DNA of 63,229 bases, filler included, from Chiloscyllium plagiosum (taxonomy: Eukaryota): assembly GCF_004010195.1 (NCBI RefSeq). It is 5 parts of one record of this genome, joined end to end, with 100 filler letters (N's around TTAATTAATTAA, not from the genome) between each part and the next. Parts side by side here need not be neighbours in the genome. Positions count along the whole stretch, not along the records: positions 1 to 20,130 come from NC_057716.1; 4 more parts are not named here. One strand, 5' to 3'. Shown here piece by piece: positions 1-13,089 of this stretch (position 1 is its first letter; every line of letters starts with the position of its first letter). The notes under the pieces are model-generated. The model was not told where the DNA came from. It saw nothing but the letters and a program-made list of their open reading frames with translations, and searched no databases. Position numbers and translations under genes: made by a program.

Positions 1-3000
1 GCTGCTCTGGGACTGCTTCCCCATCCTGTCCGCTGCTCTGGGACTGCTCCACCATACTGGCCGCTGCTCTGGGACAGATTCCCCAGACTGGCCGCCGCTC
101 TGGGACTGATTTCCCATGCTGGCTGCTGCTCTGGGACGGACTCGCCATGCTGGCCACTGCTCTGGGACCGCTTCCCCATGCTGGCCAATGCTCTGGGACT
201 GATTCCCCATGCTGGCCGCTGCTCTGGGTCTGCATCCCCATGCTGGCCAATGCTCTGGGACTGCTTCACCATAGTGGCCACTGCTCTGGGACCGCTTCCC
301 CATGCTGGCCAATGCTCTGGGACTGATTCCACATGCTGGTCGCTGCCCTGGGACTGATTCCCCATACTGGCCGCTACTCTGGGACTGATTCCACATGCTG
401 GCCGCTGCTCTGGGACTGATTCCCCATGCTGGCCGCTGCTCTGGAACTGATTCCCCATACTGGCCGCTGCTCTGGAGCTGATTCCAGATGCTGGCTGCTG
501 CTCTGGGACTGCTTCCCCATAATGGCCGCTGCTCTGGGACTGATTCCCCATGCTGGCCGCTGCTCTGGGACTGATTTCCCATGCTGGTCGCTGCTCTGGG
601 ACTGCTTCAACATACTGGCCGCTGCTCTGGGACTGCTTCCCCATCCTGGTCGCTGCTCTTGGACTGATTCCCCATGCTGGCCGCTGCTCTGGGACAGCTT
701 CCCCATATTGGCCGCTGCTCTGGGACTGCTTCCCCATGCTGGCCGCTGCTCTGGAACTGCAACCCCATAGTGGCCGCTGCTCTGGGACTGTTCCCCATGC
801 TGGCCGCTTCGCTGGGACTGTTCCCCATGCTGGCCGCTGCTCTGTGACAGCTTCCCCATACTGGCCGCTGCTCTGGGAGAGCTTCCCCATACTGGCCACT
901 GCTCTGGGACTGATTCCCCATACTGGCCGCTGCTCTGGGACTGCTTCCCCATCCTGGTCGCTGCTCTGGGACTGATTACCCATGCTGGCCACTGCTCTGG
1001 GACAGCTTCCCTATACTGGCAGCTGCTCTGGGACTGCTTCCCCATGCTGTCCACTGCTCTGGAACTACTTCCCCATAGTGGCCGCTGCTCTGGGACTGAT
1101 TCCCCATGCTGCCCACTGCTCTGGGACTGATTCCCCATAGTGGCCGCTGCTCTGGGACTGCTTGCCCATGCTGGTTGCTGCTCTGTGTCTATTCCCCATT
1201 CTGGCCGCTGCTCTGGGACTGCTTTCCCATACTGTCCGCTGCTCTGGGACTGATTCCCCATACTGGCCACTGCTCTGCGACTGATTCCCCATGTTGTCCG
1301 CTTCGCTGGGACTGTTCCCCATGCTGGCCGCTGCTCTGGGACTGTTCCCCATGCTGGCCGCTGCTCTGGAACTGCTTCCCCATACTGGCCGCTGCTCTGG
1401 GACTGATTCCCCAGACTGGCCACTGCTCTGGGACTGATTCCCCATGTTGTCCGCTTCGCTGGGACTGTTCCCCATGCTGGCCGCTGCTCTGGGACTGTTC
1501 CCCATGCTGGCCGCTGCTCTGGGACGGCTTCCCCATAGTGGCCGCTGCTCTGGGACTGATTCCCCATGCTGGCTGCTGCTCTGGGATAGCTTTCCCATCC
1601 TGGCCGCTGTTCTGGGACTGATCCCCCATACTGGCCGCTGCTCTGGGACTGTTCCCCATGCTGGCCGCTGCTCTGGGACTGATTCCACATGCTGGCCGCT
1701 GCTCTGGGACTGATTCCCCAGACTGGCCGCCGCAATGGGACTGATTCCCCATGCTGGCTGCTGCTCTGGGACAGACTCCCCATGCTGGCCGCTGCTCTGG
1801 GACAGCTTCCCCATGCTGGCCAATGCCCTGGGACTGATTCCCCATGCTGGCCGCTGCTCTGGGTCCGCTTCCACATGCTGGCCAATGCTCTGGGACTGCT
1901 TCACTGTAGTGGCCGCTGCTCTGGGACTGATTCCACATGCTGGCCGCTGCTCTGGGACTGATTCCCCATGCTGGCCGTTGCTCTGGGACTGATTTCCCAT
2001 GCTGGTCGCTGCTCTGGGACAGCTTCCCCATACTGGCCGCTGCTCTGGGACTGTTCCCATGCTGGCCACTGCTCTTGGACTGATTCCCCATGGTGGCCGC
2101 TTCGCTGGGACTGTTCCTCATGCTGGCCGCTGCTCTGGGACGGCTTCCCCATCCTGGTCGCTGCTCTTGGACTGATTCCCCATGCTGGCCGCTGCTCTTG
2201 GACTGATTCCCCATGCTGGCCACTGCTCTGGAACTGCTTCCCCATAGTGGCCGCTGCTCTGGGACTGATTCTCCATGCTGCCCACTGCTCTAGGACTGAT
2301 TCCCCATACTGGCCGCTGCTCTTGGACTGCTTCTCCATGCTCATTGCTGCTCTGGGAATGTTCCCCATGCTGGCCACTGCTCTGGGACTGCTTCCCCATA
2401 CTGACCGCTGCTCTGGGACTGATTCCCCATGCTGGCCGCTGTTCTGGGACTGCTTCCCCATGCTGGCCACTGCTCTGGAACTGCTTCCCCATAATGGCCG
2501 CTGCTCTGAGACTGCTTCCCCATAGTGACCGGTGCTCTGGGACTGTTCCCCATGCTGGCCGATACTCTGGGACTGATTCCCCGTGCTGGCTTTTCTCTGG
2601 GACTGCTTCCCCATGCTGGCCACTGCTCTGGAACTGCTTCCCCATAATGGCCGCTGCTCTGAGACTGCTTCCCCATGCCTGCCGCTGCTCTGGGACTGCT
2701 TCCCCATGCTGGCCGCTGCTCTGGGACTGATTCCCCATTCTGGCCACTGCTCTGGGACTGATTCCCCATACTGGCCGCTGCTCTGGGACGGATTCCACAT
2801 GCGGGCCGCTGTTCTGGGACTGCTTCCCCATGCTGGCTGCTGCTCTGGGACAGCTTCCCCATCCTGGCCGCTGTTCTGGGACTGCTTCCCCATGCTGGCC
2901 GATGCTCTGGGACTGATTCCCTAAGCTGGCTGCTGCTCTGGGTCTGCTTCCCCATGCTGTCCACTGTTCTGGGACTGTTCCCCATAGTGGCCGGTGCTCT

Positions 3001-4345
3001 CGGACTGTTCCCCATGCTGGCCGCTGCCCTTGGACTGATTCCCCAGACTGGCCACTGCTCTGGGACTGATTCCCCATGCTGGCTGCTGCTCTGGGACTGA
3101 TTCCACATGCTGGCCACTGCTCTGTGACTGATTCCCCATGCTGGCCGCTGCCCTGGAACTGATTCCCCATACTGGCCGCTGCTCTGGAACTGATTCCACA
3201 TGCTGGCCGCTGCTCTGGGACTGTTTCCCCATAGTGGCCGCTGCTCTGGGACTGATTCCCTATACTGGCCGCGGCCCTGGGACTGATTCCCCATGCTGGC
3301 CACTGCTCTGGGACTGATTTCCCATACTGGCCACTGTTCTGGGACAGCTTCCCCATCTTGGTCGCTGCTCTTGGACTGATTCCTCATGCAGGCCGCTGCT
3401 CTGGGACAGCTTCCCCATACTGGCCGCTGCTCTGGAACCGCTTCCCCATGCTGGCGCTGCTCTTGGACTGCTTCCCCATGCTGGCCGCTGCTCTTGGACT
3501 GATTCCCCATGCTGGCCGCTGCTCTGGGACTGCTTCCCCATACTGGCCGCTGCTCTGGGACTGATTCCCTATACTGGCTGCTGCTCTGGGACTGATTCCC
3601 CATGCTGGCCGCTGCTCTGGGACTGATTTCCCCATGTTGGCTGCTGCTCTGGGACTGCTTCCCCATAGTGGCCGCTGCTCTGGGACTGATTCCCTATACT
3701 GGCTGCTGCTCTGGGACTGATTCCCCATGCTGGCCGCTGCTCTGGGGCTGATTTCCCCATGCTGGCCGCTGCTCTGGGACTGCTTCTCCATGCTGGCCGC
3801 TGCTCTGGGACTGATTTCCCATACTGGCCAGTGTTCTGGGGCAGCTTCCCCATCTTGGTCGCTGCTCTTGGACTGATTCCTCATGCTGGCTGCTGTTCTG
3901 GGACAGCTTCCCCATACTGGCCGCTGCTCTGGGACTGATTCCCCATGCTGGCCCCTGCTCTGGAACTGCTTCCCCATAGTTGCCGCTGCTCTGGGACTGT
4001 TGCCCATGCTGGCCACTGCTCTTGGGACGGCTTCCCCATACTGGCTGCTGCTCTGGGACTGATTCCCCATGCTGGCCGCTGCTCTGGGTCTGATTCCCCA
4101 TGCTGGCCCCTGCTCTGGGACAACTTCCCCATACTGGCTGTTGCTTTGGGACAGCTTCCCCATACTGGCCACTGCTCTGGGACTGATTTCCCATACTGCC
4201 CGCTGCTCTGGGACTGATTCCCCATGCTGGCCGCTGCTCTGGGACTGATTTCCCATGCTGGTCGCTGCTCTGGGACTGATTCCCCATGCTGGTCGCTGCT
4301 CTGGGACTGATTCCCCATGCTGGCTTCTGCTCTGGGATTGATTTC
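1..4345. repeat. GC-rich minisatellite, 31-bp unit (30- and 32-bp variants), roughly 140 copies, runs off the left edge
   Basis: Consensus GCTGGCCGCTGCTCTGGGACTGATTCCCCAT repeated head-to-tail; accounts for all long ORFs in 374-4361. Confidence 0.98.
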
Positions 4346-4599
4346 CTACACCGGCCTCCATGTAGGCCTCACTCTGTTCGGGGCTTGTTTAAATTTAAAA
4401 ACAAACCATCTTAAAATTACTAGACTAGGTCAATTGCTTAAGTGGATATGGCTAATGAAGGAGTTACCAAGCATCAGAAACAAGAACATCATTTAATGTG
4501 TCTGTAATGTAAATGTATTGTAAAATAACTGTTGAGTTGAAAAAGCTTCAGCCAGTGATTCAATGAGTAAGAACATCACGTCTTAAGAAAAGATCACAA

Positions 4600-5035
4600 A
4601 GGTTGCAGCATTGAGCACAGACTGTGCTAAAAGAGCTGCCCTTGGTTAGACCAAACGTTATAGTAGCATGCCTTTTTTATAAAGAATGCAGAAGCATCGG
4701 AAAAGTAATGCAAAAATAGATTTACCATGATGATGCCAAAACTGAGTACTCTCAGGAACAAATGAACAGATTCAAGCCCGTTAACGGTGTGATAGGGTAA
4801 AGAAGACAAGATGTGTCAACTAATGGAGAGGTCTGAAAGTATGGATCAAAATGATCAACTGTCACTAATAAATCTAGTGTAGATTCATGAAGAACTTCTT
4901 TACTCAGTGGTAAGAATGTGGAATATTTTATTGCAGGAAGTGGTTGAGGTGGACCGTATGGACATATTTAATGGCAAGCTAGATATGCACATAAAGGAGA
5001 AGGAAACATAAGCTTGATATAGAATTATGCAACAA
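4600..5035 (+). mobile_element. Old degraded CR1 LINE 3' fragment
   Basis: Decayed ORF2 C-terminal/3' sequence (aacttctttactcagtggtaagaatgtggaat; gctagatatgcacat). Confidence 0.55.
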
Positions 5036-6239
5036 TGCACCACAAAAAGAAAACCTACAGCCCATTGAGCCTTTGCTGTTTCTTTCAAATAGCAAACTAA
5101 TTACTCTAGTCCCCCGCTTTTTCCCGTATCGCTGCAATGTTTTCTGTTTCAAGGAATTATTCACTTCCCGGTGAAAGCCTGTGTTGTTAGAAATACATAA
5201 TCTGAAAAGAAATGTGAAAGAAACCAGTAAAGCTGGAAGGATTTGGATAATTTCGTGGTTGCAGAGGGTTTTCCATGCGAATTCTTTGAACTTAGGAGTT
5301 GAAAGATATAGTCTGTTGTGGTTCATTGTTTATAAAAAGTCACTGACTTTGCAGAAAGGAGAGAACACAGACAGGTGTTATGGCTTTAATAGCTTGACAA
5401 AATTGATTTGGAAGAAATAGGGCCCTGTACTGAAGATTGCCTAGCAACAGCCTCTGAACTAAAGCTGCTGTTTTAGTACACACCTAGGTGTGCCAATTGA
5501 AGTCCATGAAGCTAACAACAAAAGAAGAAAAAGAAGAAAACATACAGTTGAACAAGCCACACAGATCAGTCAGTAAAGTGTTTTCTGGGAACCTGAGAAA
5601 ATTCTAGAAATCAGTACGTTTAACCTCCTCTTAAACTCTACATATGCTGAGTTGTCACTCCAATTCAAAAAGCTAACTTGAACTGACTCTCATCTAAACA
5701 GAAGTCTGATCTAAAAGTCTGCCACCAATTCGGTGTCTGTCAGCATTATGATGTCAATTTAGGAAATCGACTAGACCATGGCTGGGGATCTTTTTTATAC
5801 ATTGAGGTCAACCCTGTTTGTTAATGTATCCTGCACTTTCTCAGCTTTGTTGACAGGCTGAGATGTGGTAAAGTATGAGGAGCTTTGTGTGAAGGGAAAC
5901 CATCAGCAGACATTTGTTGGATCAAATGGTTTCCTTATGTTATACACAATGCCCCAGATTTTGTAGTAGTTAATGATAGCAAATGTGTCAGCATTCACTG
6001 TTTCACTGTAAAAGCTGACACCAATTTCTGAAGTCTGCACATTCACAAATAAATGCATAAATCAAAAGTTGCTGTCAGTAACTTTAGACTTTTCCATTGA
6101 TTGCACTGTTGAAATGTCCAGAGGCTGTAATATAATAGAAAGCACTGAACTGATTAAAATGTGCCCTTTTACGTTTTTAGTCCTGATGTAAAAATACTTG
6201 AAAACAATATCAATTTGTTGTATGCGGTGTTATAGGTTT

Positions 6240-7620
6240 CTCAGAACATAACAAATAGAAACACCAACAGGTCATTTAGTTTCCTCAACTATTCAGTAAG
6301 ATCATGGTTGATTTTACTTGCTTACCTGCAATTTATACACATTCATGGATTCTTCAAGAACACAATATCCATGTCTAGCTCCTTTTCTTCCAAGGAATAA
6401 CTTAAGCAATGCTGCATCAAGTAAAATACTCTGCTAAAGTCAAAACCCACATTACCTAGAACACTTAACATCCTTGTCTTTCGAAAATCTGTCTCAGAGC
6501 ATTGAATAGTTCAATGGCTCAATTTCCTCCATTTTCTGGAATAGACAATCCTAAAGATTAATGACCTCTTAGAGAAGAAATTCCTTCTCACCTTCACTTT
6601 AAATGCGAGACCCCCAATTTTGAAACTGTGGCCCTACTTCTAGATCTCCCCCACAATAGGAAACATTGTTTCAGCGTTTACCCTGTGAACCCCCCTCAAA
6701 ATCTTATATATGCACCAATAAATTTGTAGGAATGCAGAAGCAGGAATAGACCATTCAGTCTGTCAAGGCTATCACAACATTCAATACAATCATGGCTGAT
6801 CAATCACTTCACGTATCCTTTTACCTACCCCATCCCCATCATCCTGTATGTTACTGGTTATCAGAAGGCGCTATCTTAAGTGTACTCAAATAACTTCTTG
6901 TCCTTTTAAATTGCAATAACACAAGCCCAACCTGTTTAGCCTTTCCCTATAAGTTAATCACTTAAGTCCTGTAATCCAGTCGGTGAACCTTCTCTGAACT
7001 TCCTCTAATGCAAGTATACTTCTCTTTAAGTAAGGACACCAGTTGTATACTGTACTGTAGGTATGGTCTCAACAATGCCCTGTTCAACTGTGGCAAGATG
7101 TTCCAACTTTTATACTATTATCTCCCTCAGCTTACACCTAATATTCCATTGACATCCGTAATTATTTCCTGCTCCTGGATTCTGATGTTTTGTAATTCAT
7201 GTACAAAGTCACCCACATCCCTCTGCTCTGCAACACCTCTGCGTTTGAGTATGATTATGCTTTTTTATTCTTCCAGCCAACTTATTTTCCCATATTATAC
7301 ACCACTCCACTCATTCCCTTCACCTATCTGTCTACAGCCTCAACTTCTTTCCTAGTTTGTGTTGTTGACAAATTTGGCTATAGCATGCTGGGTCATTCAA
7401 ATCGATTGCAAATAGTTGAGAATCCAGCACTGGTCCCTATGGCATTCCACAAGTTACAACTTAACAAATTGAAAATACCTACTTATTCTGACCCTTTGTT
7501 CCCTGTTTGTTAGTCAATCTTTTATCCATTCTAATCTATGACCTCCAATGTCCCAAGCTCTTATCTTGTGGAGGAACCATTTTTAATACCAAATTAAGCT
7601 CTTTTTAGAAATCTAAATTC
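6240..7620 (-). mobile_element. Cluster of old degraded CR1 3' fragments
   Basis: Reverse-orientation CR1 tail motifs (agaagaaattccttctcacc; gtgaaccttctctgaact; gacaccagttgtatactgtactgtagg). Confidence 0.6.
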
Positions 7621-7665
7621 AGTGGTTCTATATATTTTATTAAACAAATTACAAAAACAGTTTAC

Positions 7666-8165
7666 NNNNNNNNNNNNNNNNNNNNNNNNNNNNNNNNNNN
7701 NNNNNNNNNNNNNNNNNNNNNNNNNNNNNNNNNNNNNNNNNNNNNNNNNNNNNNNNNNNNNNNNNNNNNNNNNNNNNNNNNNNNNNNNNNNNNNNNNNNN
7801 NNNNNNNNNNNNNNNNNNNNNNNNNNNNNNNNNNNNNNNNNNNNNNNNNNNNNNNNNNNNNNNNNNNNNNNNNNNNNNNNNNNNNNNNNNNNNNNNNNNN
7901 NNNNNNNNNNNNNNNNNNNNNNNNNNNNNNNNNNNNNNNNNNNNNNNNNNNNNNNNNNNNNNNNNNNNNNNNNNNNNNNNNNNNNNNNNNNNNNNNNNNN
8001 NNNNNNNNNNNNNNNNNNNNNNNNNNNNNNNNNNNNNNNNNNNNNNNNNNNNNNNNNNNNNNNNNNNNNNNNNNNNNNNNNNNNNNNNNNNNNNNNNNNN
8101 NNNNNNNNNNNNNNNNNNNNNNNNNNNNNNNNNNNNNNNNNNNNNNNNNNNNNNNNNNNNNNNNN
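7666..8165. other. Assembly gap (500 N)
   Basis: N run. Confidence 1.
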
Positions 8166-8636
8166 CTTACTGAACAGCATAGAGGAGCTGGAAGTCACAA
8201 ACAGATGTTCTCAGATTAATCAGTGAGCAAAACTGGCAGGTGAATTTCAATGCAGAGAAATGTATGGTTCTTCACTTTGGACTGAAGAAATGTGGATCAG
8301 ATTTTATTTGAAATGGGGATAAACCAGAATTGGAGAAGAGCAGAGGCATCTAAGGGTCCAAGACTAGAATTCAATGGATTAGTACAAAATCTAGTTAAAA
8401 AGGAGAAAAGGTTGGTCCTTAATTCAAGGGGCCTGGGATGCAAAGGTGTGGAAGACCAGTTTTTAAAAATTCTGGTTACATCCCTTTTGAAGTTCTGCAT
8501 TTAATTCTGTGCATTTCACCTCAGGACAGCTTTTGACGGCAGTGCATATCCACCAGAACGATCCCAAATTGTGACGGTTAAATTATGGCAATAGGTTACA
8601 TAGTCTGGGTTTGTATCTGTCTTGGATCACAGCATG
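8166..8636 (+). mobile_element. Degraded CR1 ORF2 fragment, left part of the copy split by the ERV; right part at ~12084-12495
   Basis: WQVNFNAEKCMVLHFG motif; resumes after the provirus with EFDLVHREKLFTL and a CR1 tail. Confidence 0.75.
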
Positions 8637-9002
8637 TGTTTAAGCAGTTCTTTTGGATTCAGGTTAAATGTAATTAAGAGAAGACTCGGAAACAGCAAGT
8701 TGCTTAAATGTACAATAAGCCTCACGCCCTTCTGCCCATTGGGTGTCCCTCAATCGACGGGCTGGTCTGGAGGCTTAGCTTCATTCCTGGCACCACTCAC
8801 AAACCCGGTCTGAGGTGATATCCTGCAACTTGGAACAAAACTCTCTCTCTCTCTCTTATACAGTGTAACAAACAGTCCGTACAGAAAAAACAAGCTGCTG
8901 GTGCTGTCTGCAGTCTGGAAAGGAATGTTCACAGAACTCATTCCAGGTCATGCAGCTGTTGAATATCAGCAACAATTTTAGTCTTTCAGCCTATCCTATA
9001 CA
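8637..9002 (-). repeat. 3' LTR of the ERV (~366 bp)
   Basis: 8880-9002 is a diverged direct repeat of 11960-12078; TG...CA ends; adjacent PPT. Confidence 0.75.
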
Positions 9003-10319
9003 AGCCACCCCAATGATATTTGACAGGGCATGTTACAATTGCAAATGCAGATGCAAATCATCAATAATCACAAGAGAATGTATAATAAGAGTATGTAACC
9101 TACACCAGATAATTAAAACTGTAATAAAAATATCCATCATTAATAAGAATAATACACTATAACAATAGGATGTATCATCAAAGTCATGATATGGTGGATT
9201 AAATACAGTAGCTGCCAATTGTTGGATCAGTCACAGCAGCATCCACCCATAATAAATTTGTATGGTTCTGTGAAGAAATCATGTTTTATTAGATTACAAT
9301 CTTTGAGAACGCACTGTCTTTTTGTTAACCTCTCTCTGTCTAGACACTCTGATACTTCCTGCCCAATTATGAAAACCCAACGGGTATCACCTTGTCCACA
9401 GGCAAGTATCTCACCAGGCTTAGGAGGGTGTTGTAGGTGAGTGTATCCATACTTTTCCCTCTGTACAAAGGTCATCAGAAGTTGTAGGTTTATTGGGATG
9501 ATGTAACTGGCATTCTCCTTCAAACATTCTACTCATGGGTGTCTCTCCTGTCAGAGACCAGTTATTCAGATTATATAATGTCCGTGGCAGCACTTTGAGC
9601 CACCCCAACAATGTATGATTACGGATTTGTTGTTTTAATAACCCATTCATTCACTCTACAAGGCCAGCTGGTTGAGGGCAATAAGGAATGTGGAACATCC
9701 AATCTATCCCATTATTTGCAGCCCATTGCTGCACCTGTTGACCTGGAAACTGTGAGCCATTATCCGATTGTATTTCTGATGGTTCGCCATTGTAGGATAT
9801 TAACTGTTCAAGGCCTTTAACGGTGTTACTGATTTGCTTTGGTTGTCGGGAAAGCTAGCATTAGCTCAGATAGTTAACAGATATTGATATTGTTGTTGTA
9901 ACGGTAATAGGCCTGCATAGTCAATCTGCCAGATTTGAATGGCTGATCTCCTCATTTATGTTGTGCCATTGGCTTTTGCACCAGTGGTACATGTTTTACT
10001 TTTTGACATATTTCACACCTGCCAATAGCTCCTTTCATCAGATCAGCAGGTAAGTGCAAACTTTGATCTCTTGCCCATTGCACAGTGCCATGATATCCTA
10101 AATGTCCTGATCTTTCATAAGCCCATTTTCCAGTATGATATTCTTCAGATGCATCTTCAATTTTCTGGCTTTTATGATTCCATCTACAGTATTGTTGTGA
10201 TCAGCAGGTTCCTTCACATGGACATCCGCACAGTACGCAATAATTTCCAAGTACTGTGCCTTTGCCCATATTTGTTTCCATAGTTCTGTTCTCCACAGGG
10301 ACTTAGCAGCAATCTTGGG

Positions 10320-10660
10320 CCAGAGATAGGGTAATTAGACAAGGTCTTTTCCCTGGGGTGGGCGAGTCTAGAATTAGAGGGCACAGGTTTAGGGTGAGAG
10401 GGTAAAGATTTAAAAGGATCTAAGGGACAACTTTTTCATGCAGACAATGGCACCGGTATGGAATGAGCTGCCAGACGAAGTGGTGGAAGTTGGTACAATT
10501 ACAACATTTAAAAGGCATCCGGATGGGTATATGAATAAGAAGGGTTTAGAGGGAGATGAGCTAAGTGTTGGCAAATGGGACTAGATTAATTTAGGATATC
10601 TGGTCAGCATGGATGAGTTGACCGAAGGGTTTGTTGCCATGCTGTACATCTCTATGGCTC
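10320..10660 (+). mobile_element. CR1 3' end inserted in ERV pol
   Basis: Typical tail (gagctgccagacgaagtggtgg ... gctgtacatctctatggctcta). Confidence 0.9.
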
Positions 10661-11011
10661 TATTTGATTGCCAGGTCAGCATCCATACAGCCACCCAGTT
10701 GGCCACTGCCCACATGTCAGTATAAATGTGCAAACACTAACTCTCCTCTTCCAGCACTGGGACCACAGTGGCTAATTTGGCATACTGGCTCGATCCCTCG
10801 TCCCTTTCACTATGGATAATCGTCTGTGTGGAAGGATTAAACGCAGCCACTCGTCACTTCCTTCCGCCATTCTTCCAGGGGCCTGATCTGTCAGTGACCC
10901 AGGCATAGTGATGAGTATCTCTGGGCCCCATTGAACAGGAGATGCAGGCACGGCCTGTTCAGAGCTTAGAGTTGGTTTACCTGGTGGATATTCAGGTATT
11001 TGTTCATGGAG

Positions 11012-11131
11012 GAAGGGCTCATGCCCGAAACGTCGATTTTCCTGCTCCTTGTATGCTGCCTGACCTGCTGCGCTTTTCCAGCAACACGTTTTCAGCTCTG
11101 ATCTCCAGCATCTACAGTCCTCACTTTCTCC
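11012..11131 (+). mobile_element. Short Penelope-derived element inserted in ERV pol, 15-bp TSD
   Basis: gaagggctcatgcccgaaacgtcg...cactttctcc flanked by TATTTGTTCATGGAG at 10997-11011 and 11132-11146. Confidence 0.85.
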
Positions 11132-12687
11132 TATTTGTTCATGGAGTTTGGTAACCCCTTCTTTTCCCTTCTTGATGGTCAGCTATGTACCATTTCCATT
11201 TTACAATGGAGCTTTGTTGGGCTGTACCGACCTTGTTGGTTGCAAGGTTAGATAACGCCCACATCAGAACAGGTTCTGAGGAGCACTTTGTCCTCACTCG
11301 TCTGCCCTTTAGATCCTACGAGGGCCCAGTAACAGGCCAGAATTTGTTTTTCAAATGGTGTGTAATGCTTAGCTGCCTCAGGCAGTTTTCTGGACTAGAT
11401 GCCCAAAGGTATTGCTTTCCCCTTTTGTCTCTGCCCTTAAGTCCACGTGGCTATATCTTATAGTCCTGATACTTGTAATTCAAAGGGTAAGCCAGGTATC
11501 CGAGGAGCCAGCGATAGTGCCTCCTCAGCAGCTATTAATGATTTCTGCTGTTAATCAACCCGTTCAAACTGAGCTTTCTTTTGCGTAATGGTATGTAAAG
11601 GTCTTATGAACATGGCCATGTGAGGTATATGTTTGCAACAATATCCAAGCAGACGTATAAATTTCTGCTCCTCAGCCTTGCTAGTTAGAACAGACATTTC
11701 TTGTATTTTATTCTTTACTTTTTTCAGGAATGACTCTACCCCCTTTTGCCAACTGAATGCTCAATAACTGCACCGATTGTGCTGCTCCCAGCATGTTTTT
11801 GGACTTCACTTCCCAACCTCTGTCTCACACATATTGCTCCAGTGCAGCTAGGGCTTCCACTACCACAATTCCCGTTGGTCTGTGGATCAAGATGTCATCA
11901 ATATAGTGTGCTACATGAATGTCCAGTAGCAGTAGATACATATCTAAGTCCCTTTGCTACAGAGAAATAAGCTGCTGGTCCATTTGCGGCCCATAAAGGA
12001 ATGTTCACAGAACTCATTTAAGATCATGCAGCTTTCAAATATCATCAACCATTTTAGCCCTTCAACCTATCCTATACAGCATCCTCTTCTGTGTAGAATC
12101 TCTGAATTATACCTCATTCAGAGAATGTAAGATGAGTTTGATTTGGTACATAGAGAGAAACTATTTACTCTAATGGTTGGGAAATGATGGGGAAGGGAGG
12201 TGGTGTTGGTGGTGATTGTATCAATCCAGGGTAAGGGGCAGAACCTTAAAATTAGGACCAGGCCACTCAGAATCGATTTCAGGAAGAACCTCTACATCTT
12301 CATCTGGGATTCTGTCCCTCAAAATGCTGTTGAGTTTGTGGACGGTCAGTTGAAAATTTTAAAATGACGGCTTTCATTCAAGAAAATATTAAGGGATATG
12401 AATCCAAGGCAGATAGATGGAGACAGATCAACTCTGACCTAACTGTGGGGCAGACTAGAAGGGCTGAATAGTCCCCACCTGTTGTTATGTTCCTATCCTA
12501 AAACTACATTTCACACATGATACACTCATCGATGACACAGGAAAAGACTAACTGCTTGATCCAAACTTTCCAATAGTTATGGTGCCTTGTGCATTCCTAA
12601 ATAGATACTTACAACACAAGGAATTTCTCAACATGATCTTTAAACCAGTAAATCTAGACAAGAAAGCCACATTGAACCTAGCCTATA

Positions 12688-12908
12688 TTGGGAGCTCAGT
12701 TAGTCGGACAGTTGGTTTGCAACGCAGATTATAACAAATAGCATGGGCTCAATTAACACACCATTGGAGATTACCATGAAAGATTCTTCTTCTCAATCTC
12801 TTCCCTTGCGTGAGGCATGGTGACCCTCTGACGAATCTCCAACGGTCATCTCTTCCTAATGAAAGAGTAGCCCTGTGGTCTGGTAGGACATTGGTGACTT
12901 TGCCTTTA
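12688..12908 (+). mobile_element. Old tRNA-derived SINE
   Basis: A-box-like gagctcagttagtcgg and B-box-like gggctcaatt; its tail is shared with 47935-48015. Confidence 0.55.
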
Positions 12909-13089
12909 ATCCATGTTTTAAGGTGTTTATCTTATGTACAATGTGATCTCTGCCCTATCCAGACCATGTCCTCTCTGTATTGAATTGAACACTGTACTAT
13001 GAATCTGTGCTCTTCACAGGAAATGGGAACTTTCTCCACAGTTTTGGTATTCTCTGGGAAAAGAAGAACAGTCAAATGTCCAAAGTCTA

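Larger units (their letters stand above)
8637..12078 (-). mobile_element. Defective class III (ERV-L/ERV-S-like) endogenous retrovirus: truncated 5' LTR, partial pol (RT C-half, RNase H, integrase), env-anchor remnant, 3' LTR
   Basis: Minus-strand motifs HYIDDILI (~11885-11910), YAWVTDRS, GSSQYAKLATV, YTDMWAVAN, IWQIDYAGLLP, FHIPYCPQPAGLVE*MNGLLKQQI; both LTRs start TGTATAGGATAGG; PPT-like TGGGGTGGCT; TSD-like gcatg/gcatc. Confidence 0.88.

Noticed and set aside
1..4345. CRISPR-like array (31-bp repeats with a small hairpin)
   Set aside because: Repeats are contiguous with no unique spacers, there are no cas genes, and the context is eukaryotic.
374..4361. Many 100-500 aa ORFs on both strands
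   Set aside because: A consequence of a stop-poor 31-bp tandem unit. They overlap in all frames and have no splice or domain evidence.
5436..5448. RFX X-box-like ATTGCCTAGCAAC
   Set aside because: Single imperfect motif in what looks like a decayed LTR-type repeat, with no promoter context.
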